A stretch of DNA of 64,000 bases from Mobula birostris (lineage: Eukaryota). Of this stretch, positions 12,407 to 25,269 are shown piece after piece; positions within the stretch are counted from its first letter, which is position 1, and each line of letters starts with the position of its first letter. The notes under the pieces were generated by a model. It saw nothing but the letters and a program-made list of their open reading frames with translations. It was not told the origin of the DNA and ran no database searches. The stretch lies in contig NC_092398.1 in NCBI RefSeq assembly GCF_030028105.1, positions 25,125,649 to 25,189,648 of the forward strand, read 5' to 3'. Made by a program: the position numbers and the translations under genes.

Positions 12407-12688
12407 CCCAAACTGCATGCAGCTTGTCAGGGACGCTCAGATGCTCGATTTCACAAGTGTAAGTGTCACCCTTCCCGGGGTCAATTTCGACCTGTAGCCG
12501 GACTTGGAACATCCTATCCTGGTTGGGTAAAATTTTCGTCATTAGCACTTCCTGATCGATCGCCACACCATTCCGCAGCCACGTTGCGTGGATTTTCTTG
12601 GGATAAAATCCATGCACTTGGCATGTCAGGGCCAAGTTATTCTCTCTGTTCTTCAGGTGTCTTGAGGTTATTGTGATCGTCGGCTTCG
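12407..12688 (-). CDS. MHC Ig-C1 domain exon (class I alpha3-like; W-category beta2 candidate)
   Basis: 282 nt (94 codons), phase 1/1, acceptor TTTCTGTCCACTGCAG, donor TGGG|GTAAGG. Protein: AKPTITITSRHLKNRENNLALTCQVHGFYPKKIHATWLRNG...ILPNQDRMFQVRLQVEIDPGKGDTYTCEIEHLSVPDKLHAVW, with the C1-set motifs LTC, GFYP, W, YTC. Confidence 0.93.
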
Positions 12689-13172
12689 CTGCAGTGGACA
12701 GAAATACATTGAAGCTGAACTTGGTTACAGGATCAGAAAAAGTAAAGAGCAACGGAATTTCAAAGTTCAAAGTATGTTTATTATTAAAGCATGTGTACGA
12801 TATACTTTATGTGAGAAGACTGCTGAACGGATCCTGACCCGGACCTGGGCCGTACCCTCCAAATATCCGGACCTGCCTCTCGGTTTTTTTGCACTACCTT
12901 ACTTTCTATTTTTCTATTTTCTATTTATGATTTATAATTTAATTTTTTAGTATTTACTATTGATTTGTAATCCAGGGAGAGTGAAGTGCAGAATCAAATA
13001 TCACTGTGATGATTGTACATTCTAGTATCAATTGTTTGGCGACAATAAAGTATAAAGTATACAACCTTGAGATTCCACCATAACGGAATGCTGGAACAGA
13101 CACAATGGGTCGAATGGCCTAATTCTGTTCCTATGTTTATTCACCTCCCTAGATGCTGCCTGGCCTGCTGAA

Positions 13173-13174
<2 letters not shown>

Positions 13175-13224
<50 letters not shown>
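13175..13224. repeat. (TG)25 microsatellite
   Basis: Direct count of the perfect TG run. Confidence 0.97.
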
Positions 13225-13226
<2 letters not shown>

Positions 13227-14719
13227 AGTGTGAGTGTGAGGCAATCCGGAACTGCTTTGGATTGCCACCATCTGCAGAATCTTTTGTGTTTAGAAACTGT
13301 CCCCGGTCATCTGCCTCTCACCAGCGGTATGGTTCTTTCAGTCACTCCCAAGTCACGAGTGTTCCAAGAACTGTCAGTAACCCAAAGTTTCCGTAAGGTG
13401 GAAATACTTAGAAATGAATATTTGCATGGTGAGGTTAATTAGTTACAGGTTAGTGCATATCAGAATCAGGTCTGATATCAATGACATAGACTCAGTGTCC
13501 ACTTTATTAGGTACGCCTGCTCATTAATATAAACCTCTAATCAGCCAATCATGTGCCAGCAACTCAATGCATAAAAGCATGCAGACGTTGTCAAGAGGTT
13601 CAGTTGATGTTCAGACCAAACATCAGAATGGGGAAGAAATACAATCTAATTAACTTTGACCATGGACCAGATGGGGTGGTCTGAGTATCTCAAAAACTGC
13701 TGATCTCCTGGGATTTTCATACACAACGGTCTCTAGAGTTCACAGAGAACGGTGCGACAAAGAAAAAACATCCAGCGAGCGGCAGTTTTGTGGGTGAAAG
13801 CACCTTGTTAATGAGAGAGGTCAGAGGAGGATGGCCAGACTGGTTCAATCTGACAGGACGAGGACAGTAACTCAAATCACCATGTGTTACAGCAGTGGTG
13901 TGCAGAAGAGCATCTCTGAACGTACAACATGTCACACCTCAAAGTGACTGAGCTGCAGCAGTGATTCCCAAGGGGAGTGCGGTATTGTATGATGTCATGG
14001 GGGAAGAGTGACACCCCTACTTGAGGCTCGAGACCTGACCGACCATTAGTAGACTAGGCACTTCCGACAAAAAGGATGAGGCACTGGAACACACAGGAAG
14101 AACCACAGCTCAGCAGGCGGTGAGCACCGTCATCACAACAAGTCTGAAATCTGACAATCTCATCCAACCTTACCAACCAAACAGACATTATTGGGGATGC
14201 ATAAATTAACAAACAGGCTGTCCAACAGTTACCCTTGACTGGCAGCACGGAACGAGTTCGTGCAATTTAATAGTTGATAGGTCAAGTACACCCTCTCAAC
14301 CTTCGCAACAGATCTATGGAAAACGGGTCACGCAACGATACAGCGCTGGCCGGAACCAAATGGAGAAATAGAGTCAATCAGTGAACCCGTCAACACTGAG
14401 GAATCCTCTTGAGGTGTTCAAAGTGACCTCAGCTTCATATGTGCGGTCAAGAACCATCTTTGGGGATTACGAGACCTTACTTGATTGGTCAATTGTGCTA
14501 ACTGGAATAGTAAGAAGATAGCCTCCCAAACACAAGCTCTGTCCCGACTAACATTCGATTCCAATCTGAATCCTTGTCAATGTAATTTTTGCAGTTGTGA
14601 TCGTCTTCACCTTTGCCTCGCTGTTCCTTTGCATACCGCTGCCACCGTTCCATCCGTGTCAACTCACTGCCGTCAGCATCCGATAGGCATTCCCAGTGGT
14701 GTTAATTTTTTTATTTTAA

Positions 14720-16195
14720 TTTAGCCCCGTTAACAATGGTTAAGTATGTACGGTGCGATCTCTACAAGTTTGAAGGCGGTGAAGCTTTGGATTCTAATCC
14801 TGCTAAGAAACAGAAATTACACAAAGTGTGTCAATACAAAGTTACATACCTGGAATATGGTTTTATTCCATCCCATTAGATCAGCAGCGCCCCATGTTTC
14901 CTATTTGTAATACTGTACTGTCTAATGAATCCATGAAACCATCAAGATTGCAGGAACGCTTCTGCAAAAAGACACCCTGAAAAGGCTACTTATGGTATTA
15001 CTGGGTTCTAGAAGATGAAAGAAGCATTGCAAAACCATTGCACACTCAAGTCATTTGCCAAGAAATGACCTTGTTTGTGGTCTCGTTGCTTCTTATATAA
15101 TTTCCAAAATGATAGCAAGGTGTGGAAAATCTCATACAATTGGTGAAAGATTAATAATGCCGGCTTTATGACAAGTGCTCACCACTGTTCTCAAAATGGA
15201 AACCAGTATTTTAAAATAATTTCCTCTATGCAATAGCTCATCGTATTGATGAAATGAGTGCAGACGTGGAATATCAACTTTGCACAGAGTCACAAAAAAA
15301 CAGAATTTGGGATACAACTGGATGAGTCAACAGTGTAAGGCAATGCGGCATTGCTAATGTCATATGTACAGTTTGTAAAATGTATATTGAGGATGAAAGT
15401 ATTTCAATTAGGAACATGAATTCTTGTACAAGAGATGGAGCACCATATATGACAGGTTGCCATGCCCGGTTTAGTGGCATTAATGAAAAAGAAATTCCAA
15501 GTCTGTTTGCAATCCATTGTGTAATTCATCGTCAACATCTCGCAGCCAAAAACTTCAGCTCGTGAGTTTTTTCAAGCATGACTCTTGTAATATCTGCTAT
15601 CAACAAAATTAAAGCTCATCCATTAAATAGCAGAATATTTCACCATTTATGCCAAGATAACAATGCAGAGATTGAACGCATGCTTCTTCACACTGAAGTG
15701 TATTGGCTGTCAAAAGGCTGCTGCTTAAAACATTTCTTTGATCTTTATGACACTGGTGGAAGTCAACAACATTGAACTTCTATATGGAGATGTGGCAAAC
15801 GAAGCCAATCTGTATGACAAACTGAATATTCTAAATATGAAACTGCAGGGTGAAAACTTCAATTTAATCCAGGCAAAAAATGCAGTGTCCACTTTTATCA
15901 GAAAATTGGAAATATGTAAACAAAACATTGGGAGAAGAATGTTCTCAGTTTCCCTGCATGGAAAGTATGGCACTCTCTTTCACAGGTAGTGATTTGCAAG
16001 AGTGCTCCTTACACCTGCAGTCACCGAAGAAAGATTTTCAGAATTGATTCAAGGATTGGAAAAATCCAGAAATTTCAGATTGGGTAATTAGCCCATTCCT
16101 TTGCAAGGTGGAAGAACAGAAAGGGAGCTTGCAAGAAGAAATTATCAAAATTCAGAATAAGGGAGAAGAAAAAATGCTTATTTAAAAATGTCGAC
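14720..16195 (+). mobile_element. Decayed hAT (Charlie/Buster, SCAND3/ZBED8-like) transposase fragment
   Basis: ORFs 15380-15989: CTRDGAPYMTG, IHCVIHRQHLAAK, RMLLHTEVYWLSKG, LNMKLQGEN. The same family occurs at about 45780-46789. Confidence 0.85.
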
Positions 16196-16199
16196 TTTT

Positions 16200-19100
16200 G
16201 GGACTTCCAGGTTGAGCATGGAGTGACTGGGTGCGTGTGAGTGTGGCTCCCAATTTTTATTGAAAATCTACCTGTTTATCTTTGCCGTATGCTCAAGATA
16301 ACTGAATATTTAACATTGTGAACAACTTGGGACGTTGCTAGACACTGAAATGGCAAATAAAATGTACCTTCGAAGTAAAACTGGAGAAAAAGATAGCAAA
16401 GCCTCGAGCAAGAAAGCTGATGTTACAGTAATGGTGCTGTTGCACGTTGCTGGACCTGGACCTGCACTGCCCGATGACTTGGAGAGGCTTTGTTTAGTAC
16501 TTCTTACTGACATGATGCAAGTGGGGAATTCTGCCCTAAACAGAGAACTTGAAGATGCTTTGTCACCAGTGAATGCTACCATGGAACAAATTATGTCTTA
16601 TTATCAGTCGCACGACGAACGCATTCGTGAGGTTGAAGATGGCCTGAATGATTACAGTGACTGGCTGGTGAGCGCCGAAGCCGCCATTGCAGCGTTGCAG
16701 AGTGAAAATGCATTTCTGAAGGGAAAGCTAGATGACCTCAAAAATCAGTCGCAGAGATCCAATTTGAGAGTGGTCGGCATTCCTGAAAATTTGGAAGGTT
16801 CGAACCCTGTTAAATTTATGACCGAGTTTCCTGACAAAGTACTGGGGACAAATTTCTTCCCAAGGCCTCTCGTGTTTTTGCGTGCTCACCGAGGCAGGCC
16901 TAAACCATCCGGTGTCTCTGAAGCTAAGCAAACAAGACCAAGAACGTTCCTGGTTCTCTTTCACTTCTTTAAGATAAGCAATGTATCAATAGATGGAAGC
17001 AGAAGCTGTATTTCCGTGGACATCGTGTGTTTTTTCATGAAGATTTTAGTGCGGAGCTGGGGAAAAAATGAGCAGCTTTCAAGGTGAAATCCCTGCTTTA
17101 CGGGAAAGGGGTCAGGTTTGGCCTCTTGTATCCTGCCTGGCTCCGGATCATGCATGAAGGTAAAAAACATTATTTCGATTCACCAGAGGCGGCCAAGGAG
17201 TTTTACCATTCGCACCGGGGAGAAGAAGAACGAGAAGAGCAATGACTTTTTTTTAGGTTATTCATGCAGCATTGAAGGGGCCTCCTGCCGAGGCAAACTG
17301 TTAATTTTCGCAATCCACTTCTTTGTTCATTTTTTTCCATTTTAATTTGAGGAACACAATTGGGTCGAACTGCTGTGCTGCGGAATCTGATTAACAAAAA
17401 CTTTCAACCAGCAAAATGTAAACATTCGGGATTTGTATCTCTGGCATTTAGTTTCCTAGTTTTTTTGAGATGTTTTGCTTGACCTGTGTTATCCTTAGCC
17501 TATATATATTAAAGGTAGAATAAGTGACGGTATAAATTTTAAGGAGGGGAGCCACCCTAGATTAGATTGAAAGTTTGGTTGTATGGGGAACGCTTTGGAA
17601 ATTTTTTGTTTGGTAATGCCTGCTATCATCCTCAGTTGGGGAGGTAGATCTAGTTTTCGGGGGTTAATTGGGTTTTTTTGTTGTTTGTGTAAAGGGGTGG
17701 GGGGGAGTGTTTTGGGGTATTTCCATGGCAGCTTATTGTTTTGTGTGTTATGGATTGGCCAGACTTTCTTTTCATTGTGCATTATTGTGTGCAGCTTGTG
17801 CCCTCGCACTGTTTGGATTGTAGGTCCTGTTTGTCTTTTGATATGGTTAACATGAGTGCTGCTGATGGAGTCCACCCTGTGAGGTTTACTTCTTGGAATG
17901 TAAAGGGGCTCGATGGTCCTGTTAAAAGAGCTAAAGTTTTCTCTCATCTGAAACAATTAAAAGTAGATATACTATTTCCACAAGAGACACATTTAAGAGT
18001 GGAGGACCATAATAGACTTTGTAAAGCGTGGATTAGTCAGGTTTTTCATTCCAGATTTAATAGTAGGTCCAGGGGAGGTGGCAATATTAATCACCAATAG
18101 AATGCAGTTTACACCATCTGATGTAATCAGTGACCCTAATGGTCGTTTTATTATAGTCTCTGGATCTCATTTTCAGATACCTGTCATTTTGGTAAATGTT
18201 TATGCCCCTAATTGGGATGGTCCACTTTGCAAATAAGGTTTTGTCATTAATACCTAACCTGAATACACACCAGCTAACCTGTTCAGGAGATTTGACCTGT
18301 GCTATTGACCCACTGCTTGATAGGTCTAGCTCTAGGGGAACATTTTCTGGTATAGCAAAGGCCTTCTCAATGTTTATGCAACAAAATCCAGGGCAAAAAT
18401 CAAAAAGGGCCACTTTTCAACATAATTGTATAAGGGCTAAGAGTGTTGTAAAAGCAAGCCTGAAGGCTTTGTGTGTCAATGCAAGGAGCATTCATAACAA
18501 GGTGGATGAATTGAATGTGCAGATAGTTATTAATGAATATGATATAGTTGGGATCACAGAGACATGGCTCCAGCGTGACCAAGGATGGGAGCTCAACATT
18601 CAGGGATATTCAATATTGAGGAGGGATAGACATGAAAGAAAAGGAGGTGGGGTGGCATTGTTGGTTAGTGAGGAGATTAATGCAATAGAAAGGAAGGACA
18701 TTAGCCGGGAGGATGTGGAATAGATATGGGTAGAACTGCATAACATTAAGGGGCAGAAAACGCTGGTGGGAGTTGTGTACAGGCCACCTAACAGTAGTAG
18801 TGAGGTTGGGGATGGCATTAAACGTGCAATAACGGAACAGCAGTTCTAATGGGTGACTTCAATCTACATATAGATTGGGTGAACCAAATTGGTAAGGGTG
18901 CTGAGGAAGAGGATTTCTTAGAATGTATGTGGGATAGTTTTCTGAACCAACACGTCGAGGAACCAACTAGACAGCAGGCCATTCTAGACTGGGTACTGAG
19001 CAATGAGGAAGGGTTAGTTAGCAATCTTGTTGTGCTAGGCCCCTTGGGTAAGAGTGACCACAATATGGTGGAATTCTTCATTAAGATGGAGAGTGATATA

Positions 19101-22100
19101 GTTAAATCAGAAACAAAGGTTCTGAACTTAAAGAAGGGTAACTCTGAAGGTATGAGACATGAATTAGCTAAGATAGACTGGCAAATGATACTTAAAGGGT
19201 TGACAGTGGATATGCAATAGCAAGCATTTAAAGATCGCACGGATGAACTACAACAATTGTTCATCCCAGTTTGGCAAAAGAATAAACCAGGGAAGGTAGT
19301 GCACCCGTGGCTGACAAGGGAAATTAGGGATAGTACCAATTCCAAAGAAGAAACATACAAATTAGCCAGAAAAAGCAGCACACCGGAGGACTGGGAGAAT
19401 TTCAGAGTCCAGCAGGGGAGGACAAAGGGCTTAATTAGGAAGGGAAAAAAGATTATGAGAGAAAACTGGCAGGGAACATAAAAACTGACTTTAACAGCTT
19501 TTATAGATATGTGAAAAGAAAAAGATTGGTTAAGACAAATGTACATCCCTTATGGTCAGAAACAGGTGAATTGATCATGGAGGACAAGGGCATGGCAGAC
19601 CATTTGAATAACTACTTTGGTTCTGTCTTCACTAAGGAGGACATAAATAATCTTCCGGAAATAGTAGGGGACTGAGGGTTTAGTGCGATGGAGGACCTGA
19701 GGGAAATACATGTCAGTAGGGAAGTGGTGTTAGGTAAATTGAAGGGATTAAAGGCAGATAAATCCCCAGGGCCAGATGGTCTGCATCCCAGAGTGCTTAA
19801 GGAAGTAGCCCAAGAAATAGTGGATGCATTAGTGATAATTTTTCAAAACTCTTTAGATTCTGGATTAGTTCCTGAGGATTGGAGGGTGGCTAATGTAACC
19901 CCACTTCTGAAAAAAGAAGGGAGAGAGAAACCGAGTAATTATAGACCATTAAGCCTGACATCGGTGGCGGGGAAAATGCTAGAGTCAGTTATCAAAGATG
20001 TGATAACAGCACATTTGGAAAGCGATGATATCATCGGACAAAGTCAGCATCGATTTGTGAAAGGAAAATCACGTCTGACGAATCTCATAGAATTTTTTGA
20101 GAATGTAACTAGTAGAGTGGATAGGGGAGAACCAGTGGATGTGGTATATTTGGATTTTCAAAAGGCTTTTGACAAGATCCACACAGGAGATTAGTGTGCC
20201 AACTTAAAGCACACGGTATTGGGGGTATGGTATTGATGTGGATAGAGAATTGTGTGGCAGACAGGAAGCAAAGAGTGGGAATAAACGGGACCTTTTCAGA
20301 ATGGCAGGCAGTGACTAGTGGGGTACCGCAAGGCTCAGTGCTGGGACCCCCATTGTTCACAATATATATTAATGACTTAGACGAGGGAATTAAATGCAGC
20401 ATCTCCAAGTTTGCGGATGACATGAAGCTGGGCGGCAGTGTTAGCTGTGAGGAGGATGCAGGGTGACTTGGATAGGTTAGGTGAGTGGGCAAATTCATGG
20501 CAGTTGCAATTTAATGTGGATAAATGTGAGGTTATCCACTTTGGTGGCAAGAAAAGGAAAACAGATTATTATCTGAATGGTGGCCGATTAGGAAAAGGGG
20601 AGGTGCAACGAGACCTGGGTGTCATTGTACACCAGTCATTGAAAGTGGGCATGCAGGTACAGCAGGCAGAGAAAAAGGCGAATGGTATGCTGGCATTCAT
20701 AGCAAGAGGATTCAAGTACAGGAGCAAGGAGGTACTACTGCAGATGTACAAGGCCTTGGTGAGACCACACCTAGAGTATTGGGTGCAGTTTTGGTCCTCT
20801 AATCTGAGGAAAGACATTCTTGCCATAGAGGGAGTACAAAGAAGGTTCACCAGGTTGATTCCTGGGATGGCAGGACTTTCATATGATGGAAGACTGGATC
20901 GACTAGGCTTATATTCTCTGGAATTTAGAAGATTGAGGGGGGATCTTATTGAAATGTGTAAAATTCTAAAGGGTTTGGACAGGCTGGATGCAGGAAGATT
21001 GTTCCCGATGTTGGGGAAGTCCAGAACGAGGGGTCACAGTTTGAGGATAAAGGGGAAGCCTTTTAGGACCGAGATGAGGAAAAACTACTTCACAAAGAGA
21101 GTGGTGAATCTGTGGAATTCTCTGCCACAGGAAACAGTTGAGGCCAGTTCATTGGCTATATTTAAGAGAGGGTTAGATATGGCCCTTGTGGCTAAAGGGA
21201 TCAGGGGGTATGGAGAGAAGGCAGGTACAGGGTTCTGAGTTGGATGATCAGCCATAGTCATACTGAATGGTGGTGCAGACTCGAAGGGCCGAATGGCCTA
21301 CTCCTGCACCTATTTTCTATGAAAATGGTTATATGGAACCTTGGAGATTTTTGAATCCATCAGTTAGGCAATTCTCTTTCTTTTCTCATGTTCACCACTC
21401 CTATTCCAGGCTAGACTATTTCTTTATAGAGAGCTCCTTGATACCAATGATTAGACAAATTGAGTACACTGCTATAGTTATATCTGATCACTCGCCCGTG
21501 AAACTGGACCTATGTTTTCCTTTAAACATTAGAGAACAGCCTCTGTGGAGACTTAACCCCCTTTTGCTTTCCAATGAGAAATTTTGTAGTTATATATCGT
21601 CTAACATTGACACATTTTTCCAGACCAACAAAACTGAGTCGGTATCGTACTCCTTACTTTGGGAAACTTTAAAAGCTTACTTGAGGGGTCAAATAATATC
21701 TTATACTTCACATGCCAATAAAGAGCATGGGAAGGAAATGTAAGTGTTATCGCAATCTATTTTGGACCTGGATAGGCAATATTCTGAGGCACCCACTGCA
21801 GAATTACATAAAAGCTGGGCTGATTTGCAAGCGAAGTTTAATCTTCTCTCTACAAACCTATCAGAACAATTAATTCTTAAGACACGTTGCCTCTATTATG
21901 AAAATGGTGACAGGGGGAGCCGGCTTATGGGAGAGTCAAGCTGCATCACGACTTATTCCCCAGATAAGAGACACGCACCAAAGCTTGACAAGCAATCCAA
22001 AAGAGATTAATAACATCTTTGCAACTTTTTATTCCTCTCTATATGCCTCAGAGTTTCCATCAGATATAATGAATATGGAACATTTTTTTGATAATTTGGA

Positions 22101-23900
22101 AATACCAAAGGAACCAGAGGAGGTGGAGAATTTAGATTGGGCTCTTGGGCAGGAAGAGATTAATAATGCCATTATGGCTATGCAGAGTGGTAAGTCCCCA
22201 GGTCCTGATGTTTATCCAATAGAATTTTATAAGAAATTTAAGGATAAGCTCATACCGGTCCTTCTAGAAGTGTTTCAGGAATCTTTGGAGAATGGTCCCT
22301 TACCCCCTACTCTTTCACAGGCATCTATTTCACTTCTTCTTAAAAAGGACAAGGACCCGACTCAATGTGGATCATATCGCCCCATCTCACTTTTGAATGT
22401 GGATGTGAAAATTTTGGTGAAGTGCTTGCGTGCCGTTTAGAACGCCCCCTTCCCAAGATAATCTCAGATGATCAAACAGGTTTTATTAAAAATTGCCATT
22501 CTTTTTTTAATATCCGTCAACTGGCTGACGTGGTTTACTCACCCAGTGTTTCTCCGAGTCCGGAGGTTGTTATTTCCTTGGGCACGGAGAAGGCGTTTGA
22601 TAGAGTGAAGTGGGTATACTTGTTTAGTGTTTTGGAGAAATTTGGATTTGGCAGAATATTTGTAGCCTGCGTTAAGCTATTATATCACTTGCCTTTAGCG
22701 TGTATACAGACAAATTATTTTCGATCTGACTATTTCCCATTAACACGTGGCACGCACCAAGGCTGCCCATTGTCCCCTCTTCTTTTTGCAATTGAGCCTC
22801 TTTCTATTGCACTTTAAGTCAACTACATTATTTCAAGGTGTTAGGAGAGGGAACGTGGAACACCGTGTATCCCTATATGCTGATAACCTCTTACTTTACA
22901 TTAGCAACCCTGCAAGTAGCAGTCCTGCTATTGAGTCATTATTAGGTCAATTTGGAGCCTTCTATGGCTATAAACTGAACCTTCAAAAAAGCAAATGATT
23001 TCCCATTAATAACTTGGCCCTAGAGATCCGACAGGAATCTTTGCCTTTTCTTTTATCTCAAGATAGTTTTGTATACCTAAGAATGCACATTACTTGCTCT
23101 TTTACATCTCTGTTTGAAGCTAATTACAGGTCTCAGGTTAGCCAAATGAAGGCTGATTTTGAAAGATGGCGCAGTTTACCCCTTACTATAGCTGGGAGAA
23201 TTCAATCAGTGAAAATGACTATACTTCCCAGATTTCTTTATTTGTTCCAGTGCTTGCCAATTTTCTTATCTAAGCTACCCTTCAAATCAGTCGGCCAAGG
23301 TATAACCTCCTTTATTTGGGAAAATACGGTCCTAAGGGTTAATGAGCGCACTCTCCAAAGAGGTCGTGACATAAGTGGAATGGGTCTTCCTAGCTTTATT
23401 CATTATTACTGGGCATCAAACATTCAAAAGGTATTATTTTGGCTCCACCAGCCAGATATAAACTGGTGCCCGCTTGGGACATGGTCTTGCCACTCCTCGT
23501 CTCTCCCAGCTTTACTGTATTCTTCCTTACCATTGAAATCCTCTCAATTCACATCTAACTCAGTCATGCTCTCCACCGTCAAAATTTTTAATCAATTTCG
23601 CTCCACTGTAAGTTCACATCAGCTTCAGTTTTGGGTCCCATTCATAGAAACCATCTATTTCTTCCCTCCACAATCAATTCATCTTTGCAACAATGGGGTT
23701 TGAACGGTCTTGTGCGCATTAAGGATTTGTACACTGTTAACATATTGATAGTTTTGATAAACTGTGCAGTAAATATAGCCTTCCGCATAATCATTTTTTT
23801 AATACCTGCAGATTCGCCACTTTGTCAAGGAAACATTTCCCTCTTTTCTTGGTCTACCACCTGCTATGTTGTGGGAAAAACTCATTCTTTGCTTTAATGA
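16200..23900 (+). mobile_element. L1-clade LINE (5' UTR, ORF1, disrupted ORF2; 3' end missing), interrupted by a CR1
   Basis: Starts GGGACTTCCAGG. ORF1 16335-17087 (coiled coil, SQRSNLRVVGIPE, RAHR). ORF2 starts near 17852 (RFTSWNVKG) and resumes after the CR1 (GYMEPWRFLNP, SRLDYFF, SDHSPV, GKSPGPD, YRPISLLNVD, RGTHQGCPLSP, SLYADN). Confidence 0.92.
18390..21320 (+). mobile_element. CR1 LINE, most of ORF2, inserted in the L1 endonuclease region
   Basis: ORFs 18196-21238: [46 protein letters not shown]. It ends with the CR1 3' UTR and a (TTTCTAT) tail. Confidence 0.93.
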
Positions 23901-24339
23901 TAAAGGGCTGATCTCTGTACTATACTCTCAGCTGATGTCTTTGAGGCATCACTCCTTGAAGATTCCTGAATGCTAAGGAGGCTCGTACCCATGATGGAAC
24001 ATGACTGAGTTCACAACTTTCTGCAGCTTCTTTCAACCCTTTGCAGTATCTACACCCCCTACCCCCATGTGCAGCCAGTTATACCTCTCCACGGTAAATC
24101 TGTAGAAATTTATGTGCATCTTTGACATACCAAATCTCCTCAAACTCGTAATGAAATGTAGTCACTGTCGTGCCTTTTTGTAACTGCCTGATTATGTAGG
24201 ACCCAGGATAGATGCTCAGAGATATTGCCACCTAATAACTTGAAATTGCTCACTCCCTCCACTTCTGATTCCTCTTTGAGGACTGGTGCATGTGTTCCCT
24301 TGTTTTGCCCTCTCTGTCAGCCTCTGCCACACAGCCTGC

Positions 24340-24855
24340 TTGAACATCGCTTTGAAAACAAAACTTTAATTCCACTTCCCACTCCCATGCCACGGCCTCC
24401 TCTTCTTTCAGGATGAGGCCACACTCAGGTTGGAGGAGTAACATCTTATATTCCACGTGGGTAGCCTCCAACCTGATTGCATGAACCTCGACTTCTCGAA
24501 CTTCCAGTAATGCCCCCCCCACTTCATCATTCCCCATTCCCTTTTCCCTCTCTCACCTTACCTGCACATCACCTCCCTCTGGTGCTTCCCCCCTTTCTTT
24601 CTTCCATGCCCTTCTATCCTTTCCTATCAGATTCCTCCTCCTCCAGCCCTGCACCTCTTTTCCCAATCAACTCCCCAGCTCCTTACTTCACCCCTCTCCA
24701 CCTCCTAACTCTGACTCCTCAACTTGTTTCTCCAGTCCTGATGAAGGGTCTCAGCCCGAAACGTTGACTGTACTCTTTTTCATAGATGCTGCCTGGCCTG
24801 CTGAGCTCCTCCAGCACTTTGTGGGTGCTGCTTGGATTTCCAGCATCTGCAGATT
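24340..24855 (+). mobile_element. Penelope-like element 3' fragment (GIY-YIG C-terminus and terminal repeat)
   Basis: ATLRLEE.HLIF..GSLQPD-type coding remnant and terminal GATGAAGGGTCTCAGCCCGAAACG...CAGCATCTGCAG. Related pieces lie at about 9140-9375 and 27340-27720. Confidence 0.75.
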
Positions 24856-24884
24856 TTTTTTTTTTTTTGTGAAAATAAACTTAC

Positions 24885-25141
24885 CCGTCAGAGCTTGAAC
24901 AGCCTGGTGAACGATCTCCATGGCAAAAGGCATGTCATTAACATAGCGGGCAACATCTATGATAATCTTTCGATTGCAGTTCAGATCGTCCACGAAAGAC
25001 TTTACAGTGGATTGATGGCCACAATCTTTCCTGTGGCATAATCAAAGCGAACAGCTACTTCGCCAGTGTAAGCAAACTGCAGGGTAGCCATTGAGAACTC
25101 CAAACCTTTACCAGAGAAAGTCACTTGACCGATGTGCATTC
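24885..25141 (-). pseudogene. MHC membrane-distal domain exon (class II beta1 / class I alpha2-like), with -1 frameshift
   Basis: Acceptor TTACTTGCCAG|GA, donor ACGG|GTAAGT, 257 nt. Repaired translation: GMHIGQVTFSGKGLEFSMATLQFAYTGEVAVRFDYATGKIVAINPLxKSFVDDLNCNRKIIIDVARYVNDMPFAMEIVHQAVQALT. Without repair there is a TAA at 25004-25002. Confidence 0.85.
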
Positions 25142-25269
25142 CTGGCAAGTAAATAATAATCGATCCATTAACCATTTGTGAGAGTGAAATGGTTCATTTT
25201 AAAACCTTAAAATTAATCAAACTGAAAGAACAAATTTTTCTCTCCCTTCTGTGGATACCACACCATTCT

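Noticed and set aside
13317-13365. Possible 49-nt exon on the minus strand between the distal and C1 exons
   Set aside because: AG/GT flanks exist, but the only open frame is phase 2 to phase 0, which is incompatible with the phase-1 neighbours.
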